Below, in pieces: positions 37,516 through 47,481 of a stretch of 64,000 nucleotides of DNA. The DNA comes from an uncultured Methanosarcinales archaeon. GTDB lineage: Archaea; Nanobdellota; Nanobdellia; Woesearchaeales; GW2011-AR4. The DNA lies in NCBI GenBank assembly GCA_964438385.1, contig CAYTKI010000010.1:71530-135529 (forward strand), in the 5' to 3' direction. The notes beneath the pieces are model-generated. The model did not search any database. It was not told where the DNA came from and was given only the letters and a program-made list of their open reading frames with translations. Position numbers and translations under genes: made by a program. Each line of letters starts with the position of its first letter. The first letter of the stretch is position 1.

Positions 37516-38805
37516 CTATTTACCTGCACTTGTTTGTTTGCCGGGCTTATTGGGAGTGGACGTTTTTTGTTTTTCCTCATCCCCAATATGAACGATAAAT
37601 GAGATTGTTTGGGCAGTATTGAGGCGTTCTCTCAATTCTCCAACCATCTTCTGCAGCTGCTCCATTTTGGGATGGCCGAATTCAAGCGCAAGCTCATAGG
37701 CCTTCATCGCCGGCTCAAGGTTTTTGCTCTTTGCAAGGGCATTTCCCAGATTGGAGTAATACAGGGAATTTTTTGGATTGAGTTTTACGCACAGCTCATA
37801 CATCTTGGCCGCCTCAATGAATTTTCCATTGCGCTCATGGACAATACCCATAGCATTGTAGATTGAAGGATTGTTCGCATTGAGCATGGCCGCCTTGATC
37901 AGATTCGCATATGCCGATTTAAGATCGCCCTTGGTAAGAAACAATAATCCCATCTCCATGAATGTAGCGCTGCTTGGCTTTGCCTCAAGAGAGAGAAGAA
38001 ACATCTTGAGAGCGTCATCTGTTTTTCCTTTTTTTTTCAATAGCAACCCCAACTCATAATAGGCAATGGGCTGGTTCTTGTCTTTGTCAACCGCGTGCTC
38101 AAATGCAGCTTTGGCCTCTTCATCTTTTCCAAGCCCCTTTGCGAGCACACCTAATTCCATATATGCCTCCGGGCTTTGCTCTTTGTCTGCTTTTCTCTTC
38201 GCAAGAGAATAATACTGCTGATGCTTCAATCCTGCTTTCTTGGGATCAGCATTGCCAGAGTGGTGGATGGGGATTTTTGAATCACTAATACTCCCTTTCC
38301 TCTCTCTGATGGAGTTCTCAACCAGCTCATGGACAGCACCTAAAAATTTGTAACCTTTGCCATTCCGAAAAAGCCGCACCATAGTGCTCACATAGAAGCC
38401 CGAATGCCCCTTTCCGTTTTTGTCTTCTTTAGGAATGGCGTGAAAACCCGCCACTTGAGAGTTATCTGTGTAATTTCTCTGGTGGAAAGAATACGCATCG
38501 CCACCCTTTTGAGTGAGTTCTCTTAACTTGAAAATATCTTCCTTGGCAATCTCCTCATCACAGTCAAGGACAAGCACCCATTCCTTTGTTGCGTACCCGA
38601 GCACTTCATTGCGCGCAGAACTGAAGTCATTATCCCACTTAATGTCAATTACCTTTGCGCCTCTCGATTGCGCAATCTTCCGAGTCCCATCTGTGCTCCC
38701 AGTGTCACCCACCACTATCTCATCAACAATCTCTTTTACCGAATCTATCGCAGCGCCAATTGTTTTCTCCTCATTCTTTGAGATTATGCATAAGGTGATA
38801 GTCAT
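37516..38805 (-). CDS. family-2 glycosyltransferase with C-terminal TPR repeats (paralogue of 18213..19241)
   Basis: CIISKNEE ... IVVGDTGSTD ... VLDCDE, then at least 5 TPR-like repeats. The N-terminal region is clearly similar to the other GT2-TPR. Confidence 0.75.
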   Translation of the reverse strand: MTITLCIISKNEEKTIGAAIDSVKEIVDEIVVGDTGSTDGTRKIAQSRGAKVIDIKWDNDFSSARNEVLGYATKEWVLVLDCDEEIAKEDIFKLRELTQKGGDAYSFHQRNYTDNSQVAGFHAIPKEDKNGKGHSGFYVSTMVRLFRNGKGYKFLGAVHELVENSIRERKGSISDSKIPIHHSGNADPKKAGLKHQQYYSLAKRKADKEQSPEAYMELGVLAKGLGKDEEAKAAFEHAVDKDKNQPIAYYELGLLLKKKGKTDDALKMFLLSLEAKPSSATFMEMGLLFLTKGDLKSAYANLIKAAMLNANNPSIYNAMGIVHERNGKFIEAAKMYELCVKLNPKNSLYYSNLGNALAKSKNLEPAMKAYELALEFGHPKMEQLQKMVGELRERLNTAQTISFIVHIGDEEKQKTSTPNKPGKQTSAGK

Positions 38806-38961
38806 GCTTTGGCTGCAATAGGCGGGTTTATTTAAGAATTACGGTTTGGAGTTTGTATGTCCAGAACCCTTATCTTTTCTCATTGACACTACTCCCCAAA
38901 TAACCTGAGAGGATCCTTCAATTGAACACTTCCAATAAATGAATCCTCCGAAATATTTATA

Positions 38962-38982
38962 TACACATACACATACACATAC
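38962..38982. repeat. (TACACA) microsatellite abutting the vapB start
   Basis: TACACATACACATACACATAC, 7 nt upstream of the vapB ATG. A TATA-like ATTTATATA element lies just upstream of it. Confidence 0.8.
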
Positions 38983-38988
38983 GCAGAT

Positions 38989-39225
38989 ATGGCCACAAAA
39001 ACTATATCCATCATGGAAGACGCATACCGTCTGCTTGCGAACCTTAAGAGAGGGGAAGAAAGTTTCTCAGACGTTATACGGAGGGAGTTTTCAGGAAAGG
39101 GCAGCATCACCGAGGGCGCGGGAATCTGGAGCAGCATGACTGACAAAGAGCATTCCCGCATGGAAGAGGCGAGAGCGAAGGCAAAAATCATCACTCGCAG
39201 GCGCATCCTTGAGGATCTGCGATGA
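38989..39225 (+). CDS. vapB: VapB-type antitoxin (DUF217/UPF0330-like)
   Basis: TISIMEDAYRLLANLKRGEESFSDVIRR matches the archaeal DUF217 antitoxin pattern. Its stop overlaps the vapC start. Confidence 0.55.
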   Translation: MATKTISIMEDAYRLLANLKRGEESFSDVIRREFSGKGSITEGAGIWSSMTDKEHSRMEEARAKAKIITRRRILEDLR

Positions 39226-39620
39226 GAGTTGTTGATACAACTTTTCTTATCGATCTCGCCCGCGGCAAGGACGCTGCAATCAAAAAAGCGCGTGAGATTG
39301 AGAGCGATGCGCCTATTTTCTGCACTGAAATCAGCGTCTATGAGATGGTCATTGGCGCGCACATTGGTGAAGGGGATCCCAATAAAATGCTCGAGCGTCT
39401 TGACATCCTTCTTGGGAACTTTGAGTTTCTTCCCCTCAATCGCGCCGCAGCCATTTCCGCAGGCAAAATCGCAGGAAATCTCCAAAGGAATGGAGAAGAG
39501 ATAGGAGACACTGATTGCCTAATAGCGGGCATTGCCCTTGCGCACAGCATCCCAACCATTGTGACGCGCAATAAGAGGCACTTTGAGAGAATTAAGGGTA
39601 TTACTGTGGAAACATACTGA
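39222..39620 (+). CDS. vapC: VapC PIN-domain toxin
   Basis: Conserved PIN acidic residues (VVDTTFLID ... TEISVYEM ... DCLIAGIA) in a 132-aa protein. Confidence 0.8.
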   Translation: MRVVDTTFLIDLARGKDAAIKKAREIESDAPIFCTEISVYEMVIGAHIGEGDPNKMLERLDILLGNFEFLPLNRAAAISAGKIAGNLQRNGEEIGDTDCLIAGIALAHSIPTIVTRNKRHFERIKGITVETY

Positions 39621-39904
39621 AATTGTAATAACCTATTCATGCACTATGCCTACTTTGTATAAAACGCCTAGTTTTTCAACCCTGCTTCCCTTCATGATTC
39701 CTTCATCCTCGTCTGATAAAAAGCAAACATTTATATATCAATTCTTGCAGTAAGAGCAGATAAACCGGTTGCCATACCACAAAAACGATATGGTAATGTT
39801 GCATACAAGGCCTTAATCAATATACTTCAATACAACTATTGCAGTGTATTACATTATCGGAAGCTTTAAATATCGTTTATGGGCTGATTAGCCCAGATTA
39901 GAGC

Positions 39905-39956
39905 TTTTCCTATAAAGGCTCAACACAAAAAACGGTCATCTTAACACATGGAGGTG
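39905..39956 (+). promoter_or_regulatory. S-layer gene promoter: TATA-like box (39911-39918) and SD GGAGGTG (39950-39956)
   Basis: TTTTCCTATAAAGG about 50 nt upstream of the ATG in an AT-rich 320-bp upstream region. A strong SD lies 8 nt before the ATG. Confidence 0.4.
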
Positions 39957-39964
39957 TTTAGAAA

Positions 39965-42616
39965 ATGGTATTAACAAAGACAATAAAGAGGATTGCTGCA
40001 TTAGGAACTGGCGCAATTATGGTCGGTTCATCTATTCTAGGAGCTTCTGCTGCGGCTGATTTGAGTGCTTATCCAACCCAATACATCAAGGACGGAAAGT
40101 TCAGCGGTGTGCTGGTCGTTGGAGACAACGCAAAGGCCGATGACGTTATCGGCGTTACTGACATCTTCGGTAGCTTGCAGGCAGCTGCTGTGAAGAAGGT
40201 TTCTACTGGTGCAGCTTCCCTCGCAGTTGAGGGAGATGCATGGCTGGTTGGGACTTCCAACAAGTTTGAGTTAAGCGAAGATCTCGCAAGCGGATCAAAC
40301 CGGGAAACTATACGAAACATCACTACCTTTATTGATGATAGTGAGCTTGACGCATTAAAATCCGGTGAAGTTTCAAATAGCAAAGTAACTTCCCCCTACA
40401 AGCAGTATCTTTATCTGCTGTCAGGACAATCAGCTTCTTCAGGTGTAAACACCGGTTATGTAGTTTACACGGAGAATGATGATGATGAAAATGCCGATTT
40501 CCTATATTTCAAATCAGGAAATGATATCGGCCGATACTTATTGGAGTTCACCACTGCGTTGGAATCTGATGTTGATGACTCAGCAGGGTCTGCCTCTACA
40601 ACTGGCTTGTTCCTAACGGATCTCCAGGATGTGGATTTGACTATGATGGGTAAAAAATACACCATCGTGACTGCTAAGAGAGTCACCACAACTGGCAGCA
40701 GCGTCGATCTTATCTTGATGGGCGGCTCGCAGAAGGATACGCTAACCATTGAAGGTACCAAGACCTATTCTGTTGGTGGAAAGGATTACGAAGTCACCTT
40801 GAACTTCGTCGATGCTGATGAGGCCCAATTTACCATAAATGGCCAAACCACAAGAAAAATGAAGGATGGGGACACAGACAAGCTATCTGATGGTACAAAC
40901 ATTGGCGTGACTGATGTGCTCTACCAGGATTATGCTGGCGGTGTGCAGGCAGCAACCTTCTTCATTGGAGCGAACAAGGTCCAGCTCAAGGATACCCTCA
41001 TCACAGATGTTGTTAGCAGTAACAGCCTAAAGGTTGATGACACTGAAATTGATGATGCCCAGGTAATCATTGAAGGTACCGATACTAATTCGACCTTCAA
41101 GATTAACAGGATTCACATCAATATGTCCGCTGATGACAATTTCTATGTCCCAGCAAATGGTAAGTTGAGTTCAAATCCTGATCTTGACGAGCCACAGGTT
41201 CTTTTCACCCAGAATTGGGATATCGAATATAAGGGACTTGCAGATGTCGAGACTGAGGACATCAAACTTACCACAAGCGGTGATTCTCAGTATAACTTGG
41301 AGTTCGTTGATGGAGATGGAAACAAAGTAAGTGTTCCCGTCGCAAAATCTCCAAGTGCTGCCCTTCTGCTTATGGGAGACACTGATAAGCCATTTATCAA
41401 TCAGGAGAACGTCAGCATCAAAAAGGATGCATATTTTGTAGTGACGGATGCCTCAAGAAAACGAGGAGAGCGAAAGACCTACGTCCTTCAATACAAAGGC
41501 GCTGACAAGGCAGGTTCAGACAACCCCGTTGTTAAGTTCAAGGATTTGGGTTCTGGTAAGACTATCGAACAAACCTGGACTACCTCAAGTAGCATTCAAG
41601 AGGAGGTAAGAGCTGAAGTCGCGACACTTAAGATTGGCGGGGCAGACTACAAGGTCTATAATACCTCGTCAGTAACTGCCAACGATTTCAACATCCATGT
41701 TGATCTTGACGCAAGCGGTGCAATCTCTGGTACCACCAATAGTACGGTGAACATTACCACAAACTATGGTGCTGAGATTGGTTTTTACAATAGCTCAAGT
41801 AATACTGTCTCCCACATCATCATGTCCATAAAAGTACCGGATGAAAGTAGGGATGGCAGCGCAAAGGATTCGGTTGATACCCTGCAAGCCAGTGATTATG
41901 TGATAAACATCACTGCAGCAAGCGGTGAGGTTGCACATAGTGAATTGACTGCATATGGAGGCGGTCAAAAAGGAACCAAAATCAACTTGAGAACCCCTAG
42001 CGGTGAGAACAACGTTGCGTATGGATATAACTCCTACGGTATGTGGATTAAGAGAGAAACACCAACTAGCTCTCCACAAACCTTGGATATCAAGTATCCA
42101 AAGTCTCAGAGAAGGCCGCAAGTGTATATCTCAGCCAAGGGAGCTTCTTTTGACTCAACAGCTGCTGGCGAAGGTGATGCAGTAACAATCAACAAAATAG
42201 ATGTCGGCGCAACCAAGCTTGCATCAGAGGTTGCTGATATCACCGCAGTGAACTCCATCCTTGTCGGCGGACCGTGCGCAAACGCGGCTGCTGCAACAGT
42301 GATGGGCAACCCTGCTGACTGCGCTGCCGGATTTGAGCCAGGTGTTGGAAAAATCCAGATGTGGGATGTTGGCGCAGACAAGAAGAATGTCGCTATGCTC
42401 GTAGCTGGATATAGCGCGCTTGACACCAGAAACGCAGCCCAAGTCTTGGCTAACTACAAGAAGTATGCAAGCCAATTGAAGGGAACATCTGTTGAGGTCA
42501 AGAAGGTGAACAACCAGCTCACCGTTGCTGCCCCAACTCCAAAGGCGGCTATGGTTGAAAAAGCTATGGTTGAAAAAGCTATGGTTGATAAAGAAGCAGC
42601 TGTTGCAACACCCTAA
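39965..42616 (+). CDS. S-layer (surface layer) protein
   Basis: 883 aa. Signal peptide MVLTKTIKRIAALGTGAIMVGSSILGASAAA. Thr/Ser/Asp/Gly-rich, low-Cys beta-rich body. C-terminal region ILVGGPCANAAAA...AGYSALDT resembles the C-terminal domain of archaeal (Methanococcales-type) S-layer proteins. Confidence 0.75.
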   Translation: MVLTKTIKRIAALGTGAIMVGSSILGASAAADLSAYPTQYIKDGKFSGVLVVGDNAKADDVIGVTDIFGSLQAAAVKKVSTGAASLAVEGDAWLVGTSNKFELSEDLASGSNRETIRNITTFIDDSELDALKSGEVSNSKVTSPYKQYLYLLSGQSASSGVNTGYVVYTENDDDENADFLYFKSGNDIGRYLLEFTTALESDVDDSAGSASTTGLFLTDLQDVDLTMMGKKYTIVTAKRVTTTGSSVDLILMGGSQKDTLTIEGTKTYSVGGKDYEVTLNFVDADEAQFTINGQTTRKMKDGDTDKLSDGTNIGVTDVLYQDYAGGVQAATFFIGANKVQLKDTLITDVVSSNSLKVDDTEIDDAQVIIEGTDTNSTFKINRIHINMSADDNFYVPANGKLSSNPDLDEPQVLFTQNWDIEYKGLADVETEDIKLTTSGDSQYNLEFVDGDGNKVSVPVAKSPSAALLLMGDTDKPFINQENVSIKKDAYFVVTDASRKRGERKTYVLQYKGADKAGSDNPVVKFKDLGSGKTIEQTWTTSSSIQEEVRAEVATLKIGGADYKVYNTSSVTANDFNIHVDLDASGAISGTTNSTVNITTNYGAEIGFYNSSSNTVSHIIMSIKVPDESRDGSAKDSVDTLQASDYVINITAASGEVAHSELTAYGGGQKGTKINLRTPSGENNVAYGYNSYGMWIKRETPTSSPQTLDIKYPKSQRRPQVYISAKGASFDSTAAGEGDAVTINKIDVGATKLASEVADITAVNSILVGGPCANAAAATVMGNPADCAAGFEPGVGKIQMWDVGADKKNVAMLVAGYSALDTRNAAQVLANYKKYASQLKGTSVEVKKVNNQLTVAAPTPKAAMVEKAMVEKAMVDKEAAVATP

Positions 42617-42639
42617 AGGGATTTAAACCCTTAATTTTT

Positions 42640-42720
42640 TTCTTTTTATTTTTTATTTCTCCTTTTTCTCCTTTTTCTCCTTTTTCTCCTTTTTCTCCTT
42701 TTTCTCCTTTTTCTCCTTTA
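42640..42720 (+). terminator. array of about 8 phased T5 tracts, (CTCCTTTTT)x7 preceded by T7/T5/T6 runs, immediately after the S-layer stop
   Basis: Read directly from the sequence. Oligo-T tracts are the archaeal intrinsic termination signal. The array lies between convergent genes. Confidence 0.55.
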
Positions 42721-42818
42721 AAGTTTCTCAGCTTTCAAATTAAGGATGCCGATTGTACTGTTATGGTGGAATGTTTGGTGAAAGGGATTTGACTACTTAA
42801 CCCATTAACACCAAAAAA

Positions 42819-44033
42819 TTAAACCAACTCCCCAACAAATATATTATGCTTCATTCGCCTAATCCGCACGCGCACTTTGCCCTTCTCCTTCTCACAATGT
42901 GGAATCGAGATTATCCGCCCCCTGGCAACCGCAAGCATCTCTCTTCCAATCCTTCCTGGCAGCTTAATCTCTGCCTCAACCACTTCATTCTTCCGGAATG
43001 GCTTGGGAAGCTCTCTGACAGGGTACATATTGAATCCTTTTGAGTGCAAAAGCGTCACGCCATGCTCCTTCTCAAGTTCACGCATCCGCTCAAAGAAATA
43101 TTCAAAAGACACTTCCTTTATCGGGTTGCGGCCTAGCTTGTAGGGGAGGAAATTCTGTATTCCAAGTGGAGGACAATTCTTCCCCGCCCCAATCTCAGCA
43201 GCAAACTTGGCCAACTTAGGAAGCTCCTCATCATTATAGCCAGAAAGCCATACGGGCGTAATAATCAAATCCATTTTTGTGCATGCGTAAGCTGCCATTT
43301 CCATGACTCTTTTGACATTGTAGGGAAAGCCGGCAAGCTTGTTTGCCTTTTCCTGATCCAAGGCATGCAAAGAAAGGTGAATGCGAGTAAGACCTGCATC
43401 TGCCAGCTCGTCGATGAATTTTTTATTGAGGAGTGTCCCATTGGTATCAATGGAGCTGGTCTTCACTCCAGGGGTTGCCATGATGTCCTTAATCAGCGGC
43501 ACAAGATCCGCATAGAGTGTCGGCTCTCCCTGGGCGTTGATGTGAGCATCAAGATCATCTACTCCCTTATAGGCGGCAACCTTGCGGAACTCCTCAACTA
43601 GGTAATCTTTCTCGATGATGTAATCCATTTTTCTGCGGGAGGTTGGCCCTTCATCAACTGAGCAGAAAATGCAGCTGATGTTGCAGCTGGTGAGCGGCTT
43701 CACTTCCAGGGTATTTGTGCCGCGATCTATGATGCCAAAGTAATTGGTACCAATTAATGGAATTCCGGAATTGCGGTGGATATACACTGCCGGCTTTCCA
43801 CTCATCCTGCTTCTAAGCTGCAAAAATGCTTTACCAAGAAGCAGGGTCATTTTGCGCCGTGCGCTGGATTCAGAAATGCCCTCGAAATCAATGGAGTTGT
43901 TGGCAATATGGTACTTTCCAATGGCCTCAAGCTCCCTATTCTCTAGAGATGTGTAAAAGTGCCGAAAGCAATTTACCTTGATTTTTCCCTTCTCCTCTCC
44001 AAACGTTAAGTCATCAAAGCGCAACTCTGCCAT
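42819..44033 (-). CDS. radical SAM enzyme with C-terminal TRAM-like domain
   Basis: CNISCIFC (Cx3Cx2C) and a C-terminal beta-barrel-like KLPGRIGREMLAVARGRII. Confidence 0.75.
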   Translation of the reverse strand: MAELRFDDLTFGEEKGKIKVNCFRHFYTSLENRELEAIGKYHIANNSIDFEGISESSARRKMTLLLGKAFLQLRSRMSGKPAVYIHRNSGIPLIGTNYFGIIDRGTNTLEVKPLTSCNISCIFCSVDEGPTSRRKMDYIIEKDYLVEEFRKVAAYKGVDDLDAHINAQGEPTLYADLVPLIKDIMATPGVKTSSIDTNGTLLNKKFIDELADAGLTRIHLSLHALDQEKANKLAGFPYNVKRVMEMAAYACTKMDLIITPVWLSGYNDEELPKLAKFAAEIGAGKNCPPLGIQNFLPYKLGRNPIKEVSFEYFFERMRELEKEHGVTLLHSKGFNMYPVRELPKPFRKNEVVEAEIKLPGRIGREMLAVARGRIISIPHCEKEKGKVRVRIRRMKHNIFVGELV

Positions 44034-44346
44034 GCAGGAGGGAAAGGGAAAAAGTTATATAAAGGTAGTTATCCTAGGATATTTGGGGGGATTAAGGACA
44101 TACTTGTCGGCGAGTAGAGAGTATGTTCCGCTTTCATCATTTTTTATCATGAAGCCAAATCAGATATAAATCCAAAACTAAAGGCCATCTGCCCAAAGAT
44201 TTATAGGCAAGGACTTTGATAATCGTAATCGATATCCTTGCATATATCAGGCGGGCGTTAACAACTTGTTACGGAAATTAACGTCCGCCGCTATAGATAA
44301 AGAGGCATTGCCATACATCACCTAAAAAGGGGGCAACGAAGCGATA

Positions 44347-45078
44347 ATGGAAACAAAAGAAATGATCATCACCTATGAGACGCTTTTTGATCTGCTTAAG
44401 CGGGAAAAGGACCGGATTGAATTGCAGGCACTCGGGCCAGATTTTTTCGCAAGCGTGCTTTCATACCTTCGCGAGAAAAAGCAGTTTGCGATGCAGCAGC
44501 CATCTTCCTCGTATGATGAGATGATGAAATCGCAGAGGGAAATGGACAACATAAGAAAGCTCATCAAGGAATTCTATGACCGCAGGGAGAAGAAGATAGT
44601 CCTCATCGCCCTTGACCAGAGCAGGACAAAATCCAACCTTGTCGATCTTTCACACTTGCTCAAAGACGAGCGCGATCTTTTTGACCAGATTACGCAGCTC
44701 CTTGATGCTTTTCGGGATGGGATATTGGGCAACATCCTTAACGAGCGCATGCCAGCAGTCCACACTTCCCTTGAAGTGAAGCACAGGGAAGCGCAAAGCC
44801 ATTCTCTGCAAAAAATAGCCTCCCTTTCTTCCCTGCAAGAGCCCTCACCTGCAGAAGGAAAAAATGGCGACTCTTTCACTTCAGGTTCTGGTGATTCTTC
44901 TCCAAGTGGGCAGAAGCCAACTGCGCTTGTGCGCTTTTTACACCCCGTGCCGAAATTTGTGGGGCCCGAACTTGATGAATATGGCCCGTTTGCCGAGGAT
45001 GATATCGCAAGCCTTCCTCGGGAAGTCGCAGAGGTGCTCCTGGGCAAGGGCCGCGCTGAGGAGATTAACGAGGAATAA
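44347..45078 (+). CDS. hypothetical protein, possibly a GINS (Gins51/15-like) replication-complex subunit
   Basis: N-terminal helical pattern ITYETLFDLLKREK...LQALGPDFFASVLSYLREK resembles the archaeal Gins51 A-domain, followed by a low-complexity linker and a short C-terminal domain. Weak call. Confidence 0.3.
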   Translation: METKEMIITYETLFDLLKREKDRIELQALGPDFFASVLSYLREKKQFAMQQPSSSYDEMMKSQREMDNIRKLIKEFYDRREKKIVLIALDQSRTKSNLVDLSHLLKDERDLFDQITQLLDAFRDGILGNILNERMPAVHTSLEVKHREAQSHSLQKIASLSSLQEPSPAEGKNGDSFTSGSGDSSPSGQKPTALVRFLHPVPKFVGPELDEYGPFAEDDIASLPREVAEVLLGKGRAEEINEE

Positions 45079-45201
45079 ATTTAGAGCAGGCCCATTCATG
45101 GGCCATTTCTTTTGATCGACCTTTTCTTTGCCCGACCGCAGGAAGGGCGGAAGAAAAGGTCGGGGGAAAGCTTTTTAAACGTTCTCCCTCTCCCAAAAAC
45201 C

Positions 45202-45510
45202 ATGAAACTCCCAAAGACCATCATGCGCTACTGCCCCTATTGCAAGAAGCACGCCGAGCATAAGATTAATATCACCAAGAAAAAGGCCGCGAGCAGCATG
45301 ACCTATGGGTCAAAAGTGCGCGCCCGTAAGAGGGGTCAGGCAAGGGGGATTGGAAATCTTGGTAGATACTCAAAGCCTGCAGTCACTAAATTTAAGATGA
45401 CTGGCAAAAAGGCGACCAAGAAAACTGATTTTCGCTATGAGTGCAAGATCTGCAAGAAGCAGCACGTCCAAAAGCAGGGCATCCGCGCAAAGAAAGTGGA
45501 GTTCAAATAA
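45202..45510 (+). CDS. rpl44e: ribosomal protein L44e
   Basis: MKLPKTIMRYCPYCKKHAEHK ... CKICKK zinc-ribbon pattern of L44e. Start trimmed from the ORF-track start. Confidence 0.85.
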   Translation: MKLPKTIMRYCPYCKKHAEHKINITKKKAASSMTYGSKVRARKRGQARGIGNLGRYSKPAVTKFKMTGKKATKKTDFRYECKICKKQHVQKQGIRAKKVEFK

Positions 45511-45605
45511 CACCTTAATTTTAGATTATTTTCATAATTTTCTCTGTTCTTTTGTATTTCATTGTAGTGATTGAATAATTATTTATTGGATTTGGTCGGT
45601 GGCTT

Positions 45606-47063
45606 TCAGCAAAGATACAGAAGTATCGGGCCTGTTTCCGGATCTGCGAACTGCAACTGGAATTCGCATTCGCTGTTGAGAAATTCCCTAACTAATGGTA
45701 CTGATGTTATGCCCTGAGTGGAGCGAGCGACAAAGAGAATATGGCTATCTGAACTCCTTATCTTTTCAAGCAATGTCTCGGCGGACTGCACTCCCGAGGT
45801 GAATGTCTGATCATTGGTATCGACTGCGTTGAATGCTATATCACGTCCGGAAAGCAGCGCGAGCAAGGGGGTGATGCTTTCATCCCCGACGAAACGAATG
45901 TCAGGACTAATCCTTGCAGCCACATACTGCGAGATTTCTTCCGCCCGCCTAAAACCTTGGAACCCCTCTTGGCTAAGAAAAGTGGCGTCCGCAATGAAAT
46001 TCCAGCCCCACGCAGAAATAATCAGGGCAACGGCAACCATTCTGAGAACATTCCTTCCCTGCATCATTTCAAAGCACTTCCAAATCGCAATGCCACCCAT
46101 AACTGCAAGGAAGGGGAAGGCCAAAAGGAAGTAGTGCCCATAGAGCGTCTTGACTAGCAGGAAAATGAGAAGATAAGTGGTTCCAATGAACAGGGGGAGA
46201 GAAAAATTCGTTTTTCTCAGAATAGCAAGAGCAAGGAATAATCCTGCCCCAACGAAGAGAGGCAAATTCAGCGATATGATGTTCAGATATTCAAGGAGAT
46301 TATTATCCGTACTTACCGGTTTGAGGAAATGGAAGAAAAATACCATATGGAAAAAATTCTTACCGATGAATAACGCAAAAGGCAGCACGGGAATGGCAAA
46401 GCCAGCAGCAAAGCCGAGGGCAGCCCTTTGTGATTCCTTCTTTCTCATTATATACCTCTCCGCTATGATGATTGCCACAGCGACGAGTGCAAGGAGGCGT
46501 GTGAGGCACGCAAGGCCAAGAAAGATTCCAGCGAGAAACGGCTTTTCCTTCAGAAGAAAAAGATAGCCGCAAAGCACAAGCATCGCCGCAAGTTCGATGC
46601 CCCAGAGAATAGTCGCATTGAACAGCACACTATAGCTGGAGAGGAACAGGGTGGCAGCAATCAAGCCTGCTTTTCCATTATGCAACTTCTTTGTGGTAAG
46701 ATAGATAATAATTCCGGATGCCATCGTCGGCAGAAGCGCAAGCAGCTTGAGAAGAACAGGATGATACCCTCCGATAAGAAATATTGGGGAAAGGGCAATA
46801 ATCTGCAGCGGAGGGTGGGCAAAAAAGAAATCTTGGTAGGGCAGCTGACCTTGTGAGACTAGCTTGCCCATGTACATATAGACATTTTCGTCTCCTTCCC
46901 GCACGACAAAGAGGCCCCCTCCAGCAACAAGGAGAAAAAGAAGGAGCATGCCGCTCAGCAAAATATGTTCCCATTTTTTAAAAAACTCCTTTCCAATTCC
47001 CATCATATCACTCTTCTGGACAGTATTGTTGATATTATAAATGCTGTGCCAATCATCTAACAC
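45606..47063 (-). CDS. GT-C fold membrane glycosyltransferase (family 39 / ArnT / PMT-like)
   Basis: 485 aa with about 12 transmembrane helices and an N-terminal acidic-loop region (VREGDENVYMYMG) like the dolichyl/undecaprenyl-phosphate sugar transferases. Confidence 0.65.
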   Translation of the reverse strand: MLDDWHSIYNINNTVQKSDMMGIGKEFFKKWEHILLSGMLLLFLLVAGGGLFVVREGDENVYMYMGKLVSQGQLPYQDFFFAHPPLQIIALSPIFLIGGYHPVLLKLLALLPTMASGIIIYLTTKKLHNGKAGLIAATLFLSSYSVLFNATILWGIELAAMLVLCGYLFLLKEKPFLAGIFLGLACLTRLLALVAVAIIIAERYIMRKKESQRAALGFAAGFAIPVLPFALFIGKNFFHMVFFFHFLKPVSTDNNLLEYLNIISLNLPLFVGAGLFLALAILRKTNFSLPLFIGTTYLLIFLLVKTLYGHYFLLAFPFLAVMGGIAIWKCFEMMQGRNVLRMVAVALIISAWGWNFIADATFLSQEGFQGFRRAEEISQYVAARISPDIRFVGDESITPLLALLSGRDIAFNAVDTNDQTFTSGVQSAETLLEKIRSSDSHILFVARSTQGITSVPLVREFLNSECEFQLQFADPETGPILLYLC

Positions 47064-47189
47064 TCATAAAATTCAACTATTGCCTTTGCTTTCAATTTTC
47101 CATAATTTACTTTTTGGAAGAAAGTTATCATATTATATTTTTTAAACTATATATTATAAATGGCTAAAAATTAGATAGATTTATATATC

Positions 47190-47209
47190 AGTATACTAAT
47201 TAGTATACT
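47190..47209. promoter_or_regulatory. 20-bp perfect palindrome AGTATACTAATTAGTATACT in the corA upstream region
   Basis: Read directly from the sequence. It lies in a 420-bp AT-rich intergenic region. Confidence 0.6.
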
Positions 47210-47481
47210 AAAATACTTATGATGTTATTGATTAAACGTGCTTGAATACCTATCAAAATAATTCATCTGGTGACCCCATGAGAATAGCTGAATTGGCAAA
47301 GATGATGAACAAGACTCCCGGGGAGATAAAAAATCTCCTGATCAAGCAGGATTGTATTGAGCTTAAGCTAACGGAATCCCAGTAGATGTGAAGGATTCCA
47401 CCTTTCATCATGCACCGCCTATAAGGAATATTCAGGCAAGATTTAAATACATCAAATATCCCATTCATTTCTCAAACAACC

